This document shows positions 10,803 through 20,247 of a stretch of 64,000 nucleotides of DNA, one piece after another. The stretch's first letter is position 1; each line of letters opens with the position of its first letter. The notes below the pieces were generated by a model, which was not told the DNA's origin, ran no database searches, and saw only the letters and a program-made list of their open reading frames with translations. The DNA comes from a bacterium (GTDB lineage: Bacteria > Patescibacteriota > Minisyncoccia > Phycocordibacterales > UBA2100). A program made the position numbers and the translations under genes. The stretch lies in the NCBI GenBank assembly GCA_016789445.1, contig JAEUQT010000002.1, forward strand, positions 138,321 to 202,320. The letters are read 5' to 3'.

Positions 10803-11789
10803 ATGTCCGTCCGTGCGACGACGAAATGGTGGGTTGTATTGGGTATTTTTGTGTTCGGTTTCGGTGTGGGGTATCTCGTCCGCTACGCATTACCGCACGG
10901 CCACGCTGTTTCGCGCATCGGAGAAATCCGCGAGCGCAGCGGCGGCACGCTTACGAACCCGCTTCTCGAATGCACCGAATTACCGGAAAGCATCTCGGTA
11001 GGAGAACGACGTGATCTCGAGAGCAGGGTACAACGCATGATCGATGCGAAGAAGCAGGACGGCACGCTCACCGAAGCCGCTGTCTATTACCGCGATCTCA
11101 ATAACGGCCCGTGGTTCGGTATCCGCGAGGATGTGAAGTTTTCGCCTGCCTCGCTCCTTAAGGTGCCACTCGCCATGTGGTACTACTCGAAGGCAGACGA
11201 GGATCCCAGCATTCTCGAACAAGCCATCGAATTCAAAGGGCCGCGCGGCGTAAGCTACGTCAATTTCCCCCCGAGGATGCAACTTGAAGAAGGGAAGACG
11301 TATACCATCGAGGCGCTTATCCAGTACATGTTGCAGGAGAGCGATAATGACGCGGCGAACATCCTCGATGAATTCGGCGGCAGAGAGAAATCTGCCGATG
11401 TGTACCGTGATTTCGGCATCCAGCCATCCAACACGAGCGACGCATACGTCATCGACGTGCACACATACGCGTCATTCTTCCGTATCCTCTACAACGCCAC
11501 GTACATCGGCCGCGCACATTCCGAGCATCTTCTGGAAATCCTCAGTCGGTCGTCATTCACCCAGGGCCTACGCGCAGGTGTCCCGGAGAACGTCGTCGTG
11601 GCGCATAAATTCGGAGAAAAAGTGCTTGATGCGGAAACGAACACCTACCAGCTCCATGATTGCGGTATTGTCTATACAGGGAATACGCCGTATTCTCTTT
11701 GCGTCATGACGCAGGGGAAGGACATCGCCCAGCTTGCCAGCTTCATCAAAGACGTCTCCGCTCTCGTCTTTAGCGAGGTGACCCGATAA
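10803..11789 (+). CDS. beta-lactamase-fold (class A-like) serine hydrolase, membrane-anchored
   Basis: N-terminal TM helix. SxxK motif (SLLK), SDN motif (ESDNDAANIL), a KTG-like HKFGE, and HDCGIVY are present. Confidence 0.65.
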   Translation: MSVRATTKWWVVLGIFVFGFGVGYLVRYALPHGHAVSRIGEIRERSGGTLTNPLLECTELPESISVGERRDLESRVQRMIDAKKQDGTLTEAAVYYRDLNNGPWFGIREDVKFSPASLLKVPLAMWYYSKADEDPSILEQAIEFKGPRGVSYVNFPPRMQLEEGKTYTIEALIQYMLQESDNDAANILDEFGGREKSADVYRDFGIQPSNTSDAYVIDVHTYASFFRILYNATYIGRAHSEHLLEILSRSSFTQGLRAGVPENVVVAHKFGEKVLDAETNTYQLHDCGIVYTGNTPYSLCVMTQGKDIAQLASFIKDVSALVFSEVTR

Positions 11790-11792
11790 ACC

Positions 11793-12788
11793 ATGCGCTT
11801 TTTTACCAAGACTCCGGTCAGTGCCGTGCTAACCGCGAGTGCGCTTGTCGGCGTCGGCATCGCTATCGGATTCTGGGTTATTCCGCATGGTTCTCACGAG
11901 GCGAAACGTTTTTTCGCAGATGTACGAAATGCGGAGAATGAAGGACGTCTCACCAATCAGCTTCTGGAATGCACCGAGCTGCCAGAGGGGATTTCCATCG
12001 GTGGGCGCATAAATCTGGAACAGCAGATCCAGGAGAAGGTGGATGTGCTGAAGCGTGAGGGGAAACTGACCGAAGCTGCCGTCTACTATCGCGACCTCAA
12101 CAACGGCCCGTGGTTCGGCATCAACGAAGATGTTCCGTATTACCCGGCCTCACTCCTGAAAGTCCCGCTCGCCATAGCCTTCTATCGCCGTGATCAGGAG
12201 GGTCCCGGATTCCTCCAGACGAGAGCCGTGTTTGAAAGTACCGGCCAGGATTTCGAGGCGGGGCAAGCGTTCGGTTCGGCGAAGCGTTTGGAGGGCGGGG
12301 CGGAATATTCGCTCGAAGATTTGATTGCGATCATGCTGCAGGATTCGAGCAACGAAGCAGCGCTCCTCTTGACGCAGATAGCCGGAGAGGAGAATGTACT
12401 CGATGTGTATGAGGATATCGGCATCCCCGCACCGCAATTCGGCAAGGACTACCAGATCAATGTGCACACCTTCGGCTCATTCTTCCGCATCCTCTTCAAT
12501 GCCACCTATCTCGATCGCGCACATTCGGAACGGATCCTCTCTATCCTCACAAAATCCAGCTTCACGCAGGGAATCCAGGCAGGACTCCCCGAAGGCACGC
12601 TGGCTGCACACAAGTTCGGCACGCGCGAAGTCGGCGACGTTCGTCAGCTCCATGACTGCGGCATCGTCTATGCGCCCGGTAAGCCGTATATCCTCTGTGT
12701 CATGACGCAGGGAACGGACTTTGACATGCTCGCGGACTTCATCAAAGAAGTCTCTGGTACCATTTACTCGGCGGTTGCCACCCAGTGA
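11793..12788 (+). CDS. beta-lactamase-fold serine hydrolase, tandem paralogue
   Basis: Collinear with the previous gene: YYRDLNNGPWFGI..ASLLKVPLA, SSN replacing SDN, HKFGTRE, HDCGIVYAPG. N-terminal TM helix. Confidence 0.65.
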   Translation: MRFFTKTPVSAVLTASALVGVGIAIGFWVIPHGSHEAKRFFADVRNAENEGRLTNQLLECTELPEGISIGGRINLEQQIQEKVDVLKREGKLTEAAVYYRDLNNGPWFGINEDVPYYPASLLKVPLAIAFYRRDQEGPGFLQTRAVFESTGQDFEAGQAFGSAKRLEGGAEYSLEDLIAIMLQDSSNEAALLLTQIAGEENVLDVYEDIGIPAPQFGKDYQINVHTFGSFFRILFNATYLDRAHSERILSILTKSSFTQGIQAGLPEGTLAAHKFGTREVGDVRQLHDCGIVYAPGKPYILCVMTQGTDFDMLADFIKEVSGTIYSAVATQ

Positions 12789-12800
12789 TACAATTAAAGA

Positions 12801-13343
12801 ATGCGTAGTGTGCGCTTGAAATACGTCATTCCGGCGATACTTCTTGTGCTGCTTCTATGCGCAGTAGCGGGGTATTTCAAGCTCCAGGAGAATGGGGCTA
12901 TGAATGCCGCGGCAGCTGCGCCGTATATCGTCCCGCCGATCCAGGATACGTATACGAATACCACTCTCGGCTTCTCACTCGGCTTGCCCGACGGCTTCGC
13001 CGTGCAAGAATTTGAAGAAGAGGGTGGTGTGAGGACGGTCGTATTGCAGGATCCACAAGGGAACGGCATTCAGATCCTGGCGACACCGCTGAAGGAAGAC
13101 ATCCCGCACCTTTCTATTGAAATGGTGAAGCGGGACATTCCCGACATGAAGGTGAGCGATGTGCGGCTGGTCGAAATCGGTGAAGGCCGTACCGGTGTCG
13201 CATTCAAGAGTGACAACGAAGCATTCGGTGGTGCGTCGCGCGAGGTGTGGTTCGTCTTCCGCGGACACATCTACCAGATTTCCACCTACGCGCGGCTCGA
13301 TGAATTGCTACAATCAATGTTCACCACGTGGCAGTTCATATGA
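12801..13343 (+). CDS. hypothetical membrane-anchored protein
   Basis: Good ORF with an N-terminal hydrophobic helix (IPAILLVLLLCAVAG). No recognisable motif. Confidence 0.45.
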   Translation: MRSVRLKYVIPAILLVLLLCAVAGYFKLQENGAMNAAAAAPYIVPPIQDTYTNTTLGFSLGLPDGFAVQEFEEEGGVRTVVLQDPQGNGIQILATPLKEDIPHLSIEMVKRDIPDMKVSDVRLVEIGEGRTGVAFKSDNEAFGGASREVWFVFRGHIYQISTYARLDELLQSMFTTWQFI

Positions 13344-15733
13344 AAAATAAAATTTTTTCTTTCATTCAGATTCTTTCTCTTATTGGAGTGACTCTGCCGC
13401 TTGCGTTCATAAGTGCGCCCCCCAAAGTGGGTGCTGCAACTCAAAAGGTTATTTTTCTGACTTCAGGAACCTCATGGACCGTTCCGTCTGATTGGAATGA
13501 TAACAATAATTCCATTGAAGTGATTGGCGGCGGCGGCGGCGGCCTTACTCAAACAGCTTCAAATTATGGGGGCGGCGGCGGAGGCGGGGGATACAGTAAG
13601 ATCGAAAATGCATCTTTATCACGAGGGGCGACGATCACTATACAGATCGGTGTCGGCGGGGGTGCGGGGGTTGCTGGAGGAGATACTTATCTATGCAACA
13701 ATATTTCCAACTGTGACTCGATCGGAGGCTCTGCGGTTCTGGTCGGCGCTCAAGGGGGGGGTGTGGCAACGAACAACGGAGTGACCGGTGGTTTGGGAGG
13801 GTTGGCTAGCAACGGTGTTGGTTCAGTACGGTATTCCGGCGGAAATGGCGGCAGCGGCAGTGGATCGTTTGCATCCGGTGGCGGTGGCGGTGGCGGGAGT
13901 GCCGGACCGAATGGAGACGGGGCTGCTGGTGGAGCAGCGGCCTCTGAGGCTTCAGGTGGAGGAGGAGGCGGAGGTGCGAACGGTGGTTCGGGGGGTGTAG
14001 CCGGTTCGGGCGCGAATGGTTCTCTGGGCGGAAATAATCGCACTACCGCGGGCGGTGGCGCCGCCGGAAGTCCGGATGGCGGTCTGGGCTCAGACGGTGG
14101 TGGTGGTGGGGGGGGAGATGGTCTGACGAATCCGGGTGGAAATGGTGGATCTGGCGGCGTTGACCTGCTCTGGATCCAAACATCAAACTCTCTGACCGCG
14201 GGGCCCGCTGGAGGTGGAGGTGGAGGTGGACGGGGGGCTGGGAGTAGTTCTGGAGGCTCAGGTGGTTCTGGAGGAGTGTATGGTGGTGGGGGCGGTGGAG
14301 GTGGATATAGCGACGGCACGCTGGGTGTTGGCGGCGCTGGTGGTGGAGGTCTTGTAATCATTACATACTCTCCGATTGAGCGTTTCTTAATCGCGAGACC
14401 GCATAATAGGCTTGGGCTTGTCGGCTACTGGAGCTTCGATGAAGGCGCGGGCACTGTCGCAACCGATTTTTCAGGGCAAGGCAAGCATGGAGCATTGGAC
14501 GCTGATGCCACATGGGCAACTGGTAAGCGCGGCACGGCGATCACGCTGGACGGCACGCTCGATAATGTCGACATTCCTACGATCGATGCAGGCACGGTGA
14601 ACTCGGCGTCATTATGGGTCGATTTTCGAGATAGTGGTGACGCGGTTTTGCTGGGGAGAGGTGGGAATAGCGGCAACGGTCTCGGGTATTTCTTTTATGT
14701 CGATCAGACTGATGTGTATTACAGTCCTGTCGCGGGAACCTTCGCACAGGTAGCGCACGGTGGCCTCGCTCCCGGTCAATGGAATCATCTGGCGGTAGTT
14801 CGTATCGGAACCTCAGTGACCTTCTATAAGAATGGTGTACAGCTCGGATCTCCCCAGACCTTGGCTAATAACAGCGCTTTGGATGGAGTAGTGAGCATTG
14901 GATCTTACGGCGACACCACCCTTGCGCTCGATGGTCGTCTTGATGAGGTGCGTATCTACACACGTGCCCTGAGTGCGTCGGAGGTTGCCGTGCTCTACGG
15001 CAGCGGCGCGGTGAAGTTCACTACATCGTCGGTCGAACTCACGCGCGGCACTTCGCTCGCGAACGGACTCGTCGCACATTGGACTTTCGACGGACCAGAT
15101 GTCACGACGACCATCAGGGACCGGTCTGGTAACGGCCATAATGCCTATTTTATCGGAGGAGCGACATCGAGTGCGAAGACGATCGGTAAGCTCGGGCAGG
15201 CTCTGAATTTCGATGGTGTGGATGATTATGCATCATCAACGAATATCACTGCTCTCAATAATATTCCTCAGATGACGATTTCTGCATGGACCAAGGCAGA
15301 TGTCATGCCGGGACCCTCTACGTGGCAGATCATCGTATCGAAAATGTCCGCCAGCCCGAGCTGGTATTTTGGATTTGTTGATGTCGGTGGTCCGTTGGCC
15401 TATTTCGTTCATGATAATAGTGCGGGTACAGCAGTTACGGCCGACATTAGTTCAATACATAAGACCGGCGTGTGGGAGCACTGGGTTGCGGTATACAATG
15501 GCCCGCAAAGCACGGCATCTATATATCTGAACGGGGTAGAAATTACAAATTCAGACCCGGGAGGCTTGGGTACGGTGCGTTCGAACTCCGACCCCGTCAG
15601 GATCGGAGTGCTTTCTCCAGGGGCATATCATTTCGATGGCTCGCTTGACGACGTACGTCTCTATAACCGCGCGCTTTCTGCCTCGGAGGTAAAGCAGCTC
15701 TACAACCTCGGCGCTGCCCGTATCGTGCAGTAG
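13328..15733 (+). CDS. secreted Gly-rich protein with two LamG (concanavalin A-like lectin) domains
   Basis: Signal peptide, then a poly-Gly low-complexity region (13500-14350). Two copies of the LamG_3-like signature occur: LDGRLDEVRIYTRALSASEVAVLYG and FDGSLDDVRLYNRALSASEVKQLYN. Confidence 0.6.
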   Translation: MAVHMKNKIFSFIQILSLIGVTLPLAFISAPPKVGAATQKVIFLTSGTSWTVPSDWNDNNNSIEVIGGGGGGLTQTASNYGGGGGGGGYSKIENASLSRGATITIQIGVGGGAGVAGGDTYLCNNISNCDSIGGSAVLVGAQGGGVATNNGVTGGLGGLASNGVGSVRYSGGNGGSGSGSFASGGGGGGGSAGPNGDGAAGGAAASEASGGGGGGGANGGSGGVAGSGANGSLGGNNRTTAGGGAAGSPDGGLGSDGGGGGGGDGLTNPGGNGGSGGVDLLWIQTSNSLTAGPAGGGGGGGRGAGSSSGGSGGSGGVYGGGGGGGGYSDGTLGVGGAGGGGLVIITYSPIERFLIARPHNRLGLVGYWSFDEGAGTVATDFSGQGKHGALDADATWATGKRGTAITLDGTLDNVDIPTIDAGTVNSASLWVDFRDSGDAVLLGRGGNSGNGLGYFFYVDQTDVYYSPVAGTFAQVAHGGLAPGQWNHLAVVRIGTSVTFYKNGVQLGSPQTLANNSALDGVVSIGSYGDTTLALDGRLDEVRIYTRALSASEVAVLYGSGAVKFTTSSVELTRGTSLANGLVAHWTFDGPDVTTTIRDRSGNGHNAYFIGGATSSAKTIGKLGQALNFDGVDDYASSTNITALNNIPQMTISAWTKADVMPGPSTWQIIVSKMSASPSWYFGFVDVGGPLAYFVHDNSAGTAVTADISSIHKTGVWEHWVAVYNGPQSTASIYLNGVEITNSDPGGLGTVRSNSDPVRIGVLSPGAYHFDGSLDDVRLYNRALSASEVKQLYNLGAARIVQ

Positions 15734-15816
15734 CGCTGTGGACAGCCGGTATTTCAGCGTATTTCAGGTGCTATCCTCCTAACATCCGGCTTCATGCCGA
15801 GTAATCTATAATCTAT

Positions 15817-17256
15817 ATGCGAAAAGGGATCGCGTTCGTACTTGGTGTCATTGTGCTCATACCAGCAGCAACACAGGCGCAGAGCGTGAAATTTTCGGTC
15901 AGTTTCCCGAAGGTGTATGACGAATGGATGCGTGATGAACCGAAGCATGTCAACCACCTCACGGTCAATGCATTCCAGGGCAGTGTCGAATACAAGGCCC
16001 GCGTCGTGAATGCTGATACCGGCCAGGTGGTAGCTTCAGGTTCGACGGTGCCGCAGGGAACCAAGCTCAAGTTCGAGTTCCTGCCTGAGACGATGTCATG
16101 GCATACGAGCGGCTCCGTCTACGATACGCCGTATGCGTACTGGACTCAGAATATGCCTCCTGCACCAGTGTGCGCTACCGCGGACAGGATCATCAACGAG
16201 ACGGGTAAGACATTCAGGGGTAAAGTCAGCGGAAAGAATATCTTTTCACCTGTGTATGCGGTTCCTCCGGCAAAATCGGCGCAGAATGCATCCGCTCTCG
16301 GCACCTGCACCACACCCGCGGATGGCGATATTACCTGCACGGCAAGTGTCGTGGGCACGCACACTGTTACTTTCAATTTCAATGCGAGTAAGGCCTATCA
16401 CTATCTCCGCATCTACAATATGGATGTTTCGCGCGATTCTTCGCCAGCAAGCCGATGGCCGCGCGTTAATAAATGCGAACCACTCGGTATCCTGAGCGGT
16501 ATCCGTGATTTCTCAGGTGGAGCGACGAACGAGCCGCGCAGCACGGTCACGCTTCCTGCGAAATCCATCCCGTTCACGGTGAAAGTGGCAGAAGGAGTCC
16601 CGCCGACCGAAGGGCCGCAGACGCCGATGGTTTCTGCGGCTGGTGGGCGCTGCACCATTGACGTTCCGCATACGATTTCTATGACCGCAAGTCACACTGA
16701 AAATAAAAATATCCGCTATCTGATCGATTGGAACAATGACGGCTCAACGGACCAGACGATTCCTGCAAGCGGGTATGTCGCTGCGGGCTCATCGCAATCA
16801 GTCAGCCGTACGTACACCGTGGTTGGTCGCAAGGATATCGCGGTGCGTGCTCAGGATGAAGACGGCGCTCTCTCGCCGTGGGCTGCATTCTCGTTCACCT
16901 GCGATCATTCTTCCTCTTCCGATACCGCAGGTCTCTCAGGCGAAGATACTGCCGGTCTCGGAAATGACGGTGTTCCTCCTGCGCCAAGCGTAAACGATCT
17001 CTCGTTACGTGCCCTTCCGTCGCTCGTGCGCCTCGGAGGTACGACCAAGGTGCACTGGTCCTCGCAGAACATGTCGTCATGCACCGTTACCGGCTCGAAT
17101 GACGACAGCTGGAGTGGGCTCAACTCTCCCGCAGGCGGTGAAGGCAGTGGTGCAATCAACGGCCTCGTCACATACACCCTGACCTGCCGCGTTGGCGGTG
17201 AGACGTTCACCAAGACGGCAACCGTGAATGTGCTGCCGAGTTGGGTGGAAAAATAA
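15817..17256 (+). CDS. secreted protein with PKD-like domain and conserved C-terminal Ig-like domain
   Basis: Signal peptide. PKD-like segment IRYLIDWNNDGSTDQ...FSFTC. C-terminal 85 aa (LSLRALPSLVRLGGTTKVHWSSQNMSSCTVTG...TATVNVLPSWVEK) shared with the 18781 gene. TATAAT lies 4 nt upstream of the ATG. Confidence 0.6.
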   Translation: MRKGIAFVLGVIVLIPAATQAQSVKFSVSFPKVYDEWMRDEPKHVNHLTVNAFQGSVEYKARVVNADTGQVVASGSTVPQGTKLKFEFLPETMSWHTSGSVYDTPYAYWTQNMPPAPVCATADRIINETGKTFRGKVSGKNIFSPVYAVPPAKSAQNASALGTCTTPADGDITCTASVVGTHTVTFNFNASKAYHYLRIYNMDVSRDSSPASRWPRVNKCEPLGILSGIRDFSGGATNEPRSTVTLPAKSIPFTVKVAEGVPPTEGPQTPMVSAAGGRCTIDVPHTISMTASHTENKNIRYLIDWNNDGSTDQTIPASGYVAAGSSQSVSRTYTVVGRKDIAVRAQDEDGALSPWAAFSFTCDHSSSSDTAGLSGEDTAGLGNDGVPPAPSVNDLSLRALPSLVRLGGTTKVHWSSQNMSSCTVTGSNDDSWSGLNSPAGGEGSGAINGLVTYTLTCRVGGETFTKTATVNVLPSWVEK

Positions 17257-17288
17257 GCACTTATTTTATTAGGTATCAATCGCAATTT

Positions 17289-18749
17289 ATGAATCTCACA
17301 TCGCGCAATCCGTTCGTAGTATTACTCGCCTCCTTCATGCTCGCAGTGCTTTTTTCGTCACCGAGCCTCGCGCTCGCTCAGGCTGAAATGGTTCGGTATG
17401 ACGAGGAGAACCCGCTTCCGCCTGAAATGCTCGAGCTTGAGGAGGGGGTTTTGGACGGGGAAACTGAAACGCCAGCTCCTGCGGGGACAGTCTCGTGCTT
17501 TGATCACTACACATTCGGCTCCGTGCAAGCGCAGCTGACCCCGTCGGTCGCAAATACGGTTTCCGGCACAGCGGTCACGTTCTCCGGCTCCGTCATAAAC
17601 GACAATCCGTATCCGATCGTCGACGGCGCGCTCTATGTGAAGGTCTTCAAGTCGCGTGGAAGCGAGAACGACGGCAACGGTCCTGATGTCGTCGACCAGT
17701 TCTTCGCAAAGGGAGACATCGTCATCCCTGCGAAGGGTAGCGCCCCGATCTCGTTCCAGTGGCGCGTCCCGAGCTATGCGCTCTCCGGTGAGTACGAACT
17801 CGCGACATACTTCGTCTCTTCACGAAAGTTCAATCTCCTCGGACTCTCGTTCACTGATGACGTCGTGGGGAATACCATCCCATTCACCGTCTCCGGTGAA
17901 ATGACCACCGGCGTCAAGTTTGATAAGGCGGGAGTCACGATCAATGGTGAAGACTACTACTTCGCTGCGTTTCCTCCGCGTGTGAGCGCGACGTCTTCAG
18001 GCGTCGTATCAGCGACGCTCCGCAATACCACCAACACGACCCAGGCGGTAACGGTGCAGTGGACGGTCTATCAGTGGGACGGACTCCTGCGTGAGAACGT
18101 GGTGCAGGAGGAATCCCGCACCGTCACGGTTCCGGCGAATTCGTCCGCACAGGCGACGATTACCGTCACCGATACCAAGTATCCGGTCTACTACGTCGTC
18201 GGTACCGCGAAGTGGAAGGATACGCAGTCGGTGATCGGCGCTCGCTTCATACGAGAAGGCGTTGATCGAACCCGTATCAACTTCCCGGGTGTCTCATCGT
18301 TCCCGCTCAAGGCCGGGGAGATGAATACGCTCTTCTCGTGCTTGCACAATTCAGGCGAAGCTGCTGTCGTCTCCGGTGGCAGTCTCGATCTCACGATCCT
18401 CGATAGGGACGGTAACCCGATCCATCAGTACACATATAAAGGAGATGTGACCGGAGATATGATGGGTGTCGCATCAGCGTTCACGCCGACGAAGAATTAC
18501 GATTACTTCACCATTTCAGCGCGTCTCTTCCAGGGAGATCAATTCGTCGACGAAGCGAACTTGGTCTATGACTGTCAGGCGATCGATCCATCGCTCTGCT
18601 TGCCGGCCGCTGCGGCAGGTAGCGGTATGCTCGGCTCGATGCAATCCCTTGCGGTCATCGCGCTCGGCATCATCGTCCTCATCGGTGCTATCTGGATCTA
18701 TCGTCGCGTAAGCCGTACGCCGAACACCACCCAGCTCCCGCCGATGTAA
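17289..18749 (+). CDS. hypothetical secreted protein with C-terminal TM anchor
   Basis: The ORF-track start at 17241 overlaps the upstream gene, so ATG 17289 (MNLTSRNPFVVLLASFMLAVLF) is preferred. Signal peptide present. The C-terminus is ..CLPAAAAGSGMLG, then a hydrophobic helix, then YRRVSR. Confidence 0.5.
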   Translation: MNLTSRNPFVVLLASFMLAVLFSSPSLALAQAEMVRYDEENPLPPEMLELEEGVLDGETETPAPAGTVSCFDHYTFGSVQAQLTPSVANTVSGTAVTFSGSVINDNPYPIVDGALYVKVFKSRGSENDGNGPDVVDQFFAKGDIVIPAKGSAPISFQWRVPSYALSGEYELATYFVSSRKFNLLGLSFTDDVVGNTIPFTVSGEMTTGVKFDKAGVTINGEDYYFAAFPPRVSATSSGVVSATLRNTTNTTQAVTVQWTVYQWDGLLRENVVQEESRTVTVPANSSAQATITVTDTKYPVYYVVGTAKWKDTQSVIGARFIREGVDRTRINFPGVSSFPLKAGEMNTLFSCLHNSGEAAVVSGGSLDLTILDRDGNPIHQYTYKGDVTGDMMGVASAFTPTKNYDYFTISARLFQGDQFVDEANLVYDCQAIDPSLCLPAAAAGSGMLGSMQSLAVIALGIIVLIGAIWIYRRVSRTPNTTQLPPM

Positions 18750-18780
18750 GTACGGCTTAGGTCTCGATACATAACAATTT

Positions 18781-20214
18781 ATGGCAGGTGCATTCAAGAA
18801 GGGTGTCACGATCTATGTGATCGGGATGATAATCGTCCTTGCCCTACCGGTGATTGCAGCTGCAGATACCTACGCCCTCAAATGGACCGGCTCACAGCCG
18901 AAGTTGGATTTCACTACCGCGGGAGGGAAATTCGATGGAACGCTCAGTGGTGCCATGGTAACAGTCCACTATCGTGTGAAGGTGCAAGAAGTGGATACGG
19001 CCGGCAAGGTCGTCCGGGAGCTGTCATGCGGCGATACCGTACCGGAAGGAACTCGGGTGCGGTATTCGTTTGATACGCACAAATATACGGACATTTCATG
19101 GTTCGGCAGCGGAAGCTCCAATGACTCTCCGTACGGCATGTGGTCTCCGTATGGTACGCAACCGAGTCCGGCGAAGCGCTGCGAAGAAGATAATCTTTAC
19201 AAGAAAGGAGCACATAAGGCGAACCTCTACGCCGAACTCACTATCGAGCAGCCTGACAAGAGGGTGACAACGAATATGCCGGGCTGTGCAGAGGGTTCAG
19301 GTGATGCCAAGACCTGCGTCGCTGGTGTCGGTACCTACAACGCGACCTACACCTTCGCCGCTACGCGAGGTAATTTCTGGGGAGGTTGGAGACACACGAA
19401 TGAGGAATCCAGTCACACAAATGACGATCAATGCTATGCGCCAAGCCGCAATTATCGCGGTGTCGACCAGACGGCGATGCGGAATAGCGGTTCTGTCCAT
19501 ATCGTTGCGGTTCCGCAGAAGACATTCGGTTGCCAGATCATCGGCGTCGCTGGTCCGGAAGAACCTACTCAGCCGCCCGTGCGGCCGAATCTCACGGTTG
19601 CTGCGGGAGCATGTGTCATTGGCCAACCATTCGATGTATCGATCACTTCAAATGATCCGGATGGCGACAAGATCCGTTACGAAGTCGATTGGACGAACGA
19701 TGGGGCGATCGAGGAAACCATCCCGACAAGTGGCTACCTTGCATCAGGCACGTCTCGCAACGTAACCCGCACCTTCGCGACAGGCGGCAGTAAAACCATT
19801 CGCGCACGTGCTCAAGATGAGCATGGGGCGCGCTCGCCGTGGGCAACGATATCATTCAACTGTACGGAAAACGGCACTGACACCACGGTAGATCTGGACG
19901 GTGAGAATGAGCCCGTCCTCACAGACGATTCCGAGCCGACGCCGACCTTGAATGACTTTTCACTTCGAGCGCTCCCTTCGCTTGTGCGCATGGGGCAGAC
20001 GACGAAAGTCCATTGGAGCTCCCAGAATATGACAAGCTGTACGGTCACCGGTACCAATGGCGATAGTTGGAACGGTCTCAATTCGCCCGTGAGCGGGGAA
20101 GTCAGCGCCGCGATCAAGAGCTTGGTAACCTATACGCTCACGTGCCAAGCAGGCGGCCAGACGTTCACTAAGACCGCAACGGTGAACGTCCTGCCGAGCT
20201 GGGTGGAGAAATAG
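18781..20214 (+). CDS. secreted PKD-domain protein, paralogue of 15817 gene
   Basis: Signal peptide. IRYEVDWTNDGAIEE...SFNC. C-terminal domain ~80% identical to that of the 15817..17256 product. Confidence 0.6.
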   Translation: MAGAFKKGVTIYVIGMIIVLALPVIAAADTYALKWTGSQPKLDFTTAGGKFDGTLSGAMVTVHYRVKVQEVDTAGKVVRELSCGDTVPEGTRVRYSFDTHKYTDISWFGSGSSNDSPYGMWSPYGTQPSPAKRCEEDNLYKKGAHKANLYAELTIEQPDKRVTTNMPGCAEGSGDAKTCVAGVGTYNATYTFAATRGNFWGGWRHTNEESSHTNDDQCYAPSRNYRGVDQTAMRNSGSVHIVAVPQKTFGCQIIGVAGPEEPTQPPVRPNLTVAAGACVIGQPFDVSITSNDPDGDKIRYEVDWTNDGAIEETIPTSGYLASGTSRNVTRTFATGGSKTIRARAQDEHGARSPWATISFNCTENGTDTTVDLDGENEPVLTDDSEPTPTLNDFSLRALPSLVRMGQTTKVHWSSQNMTSCTVTGTNGDSWNGLNSPVSGEVSAAIKSLVTYTLTCQAGGQTFTKTATVNVLPSWVEK

Positions 20215-20247
20215 CCGTTTACTCAAGCGACGGTATATAATGCTCGT

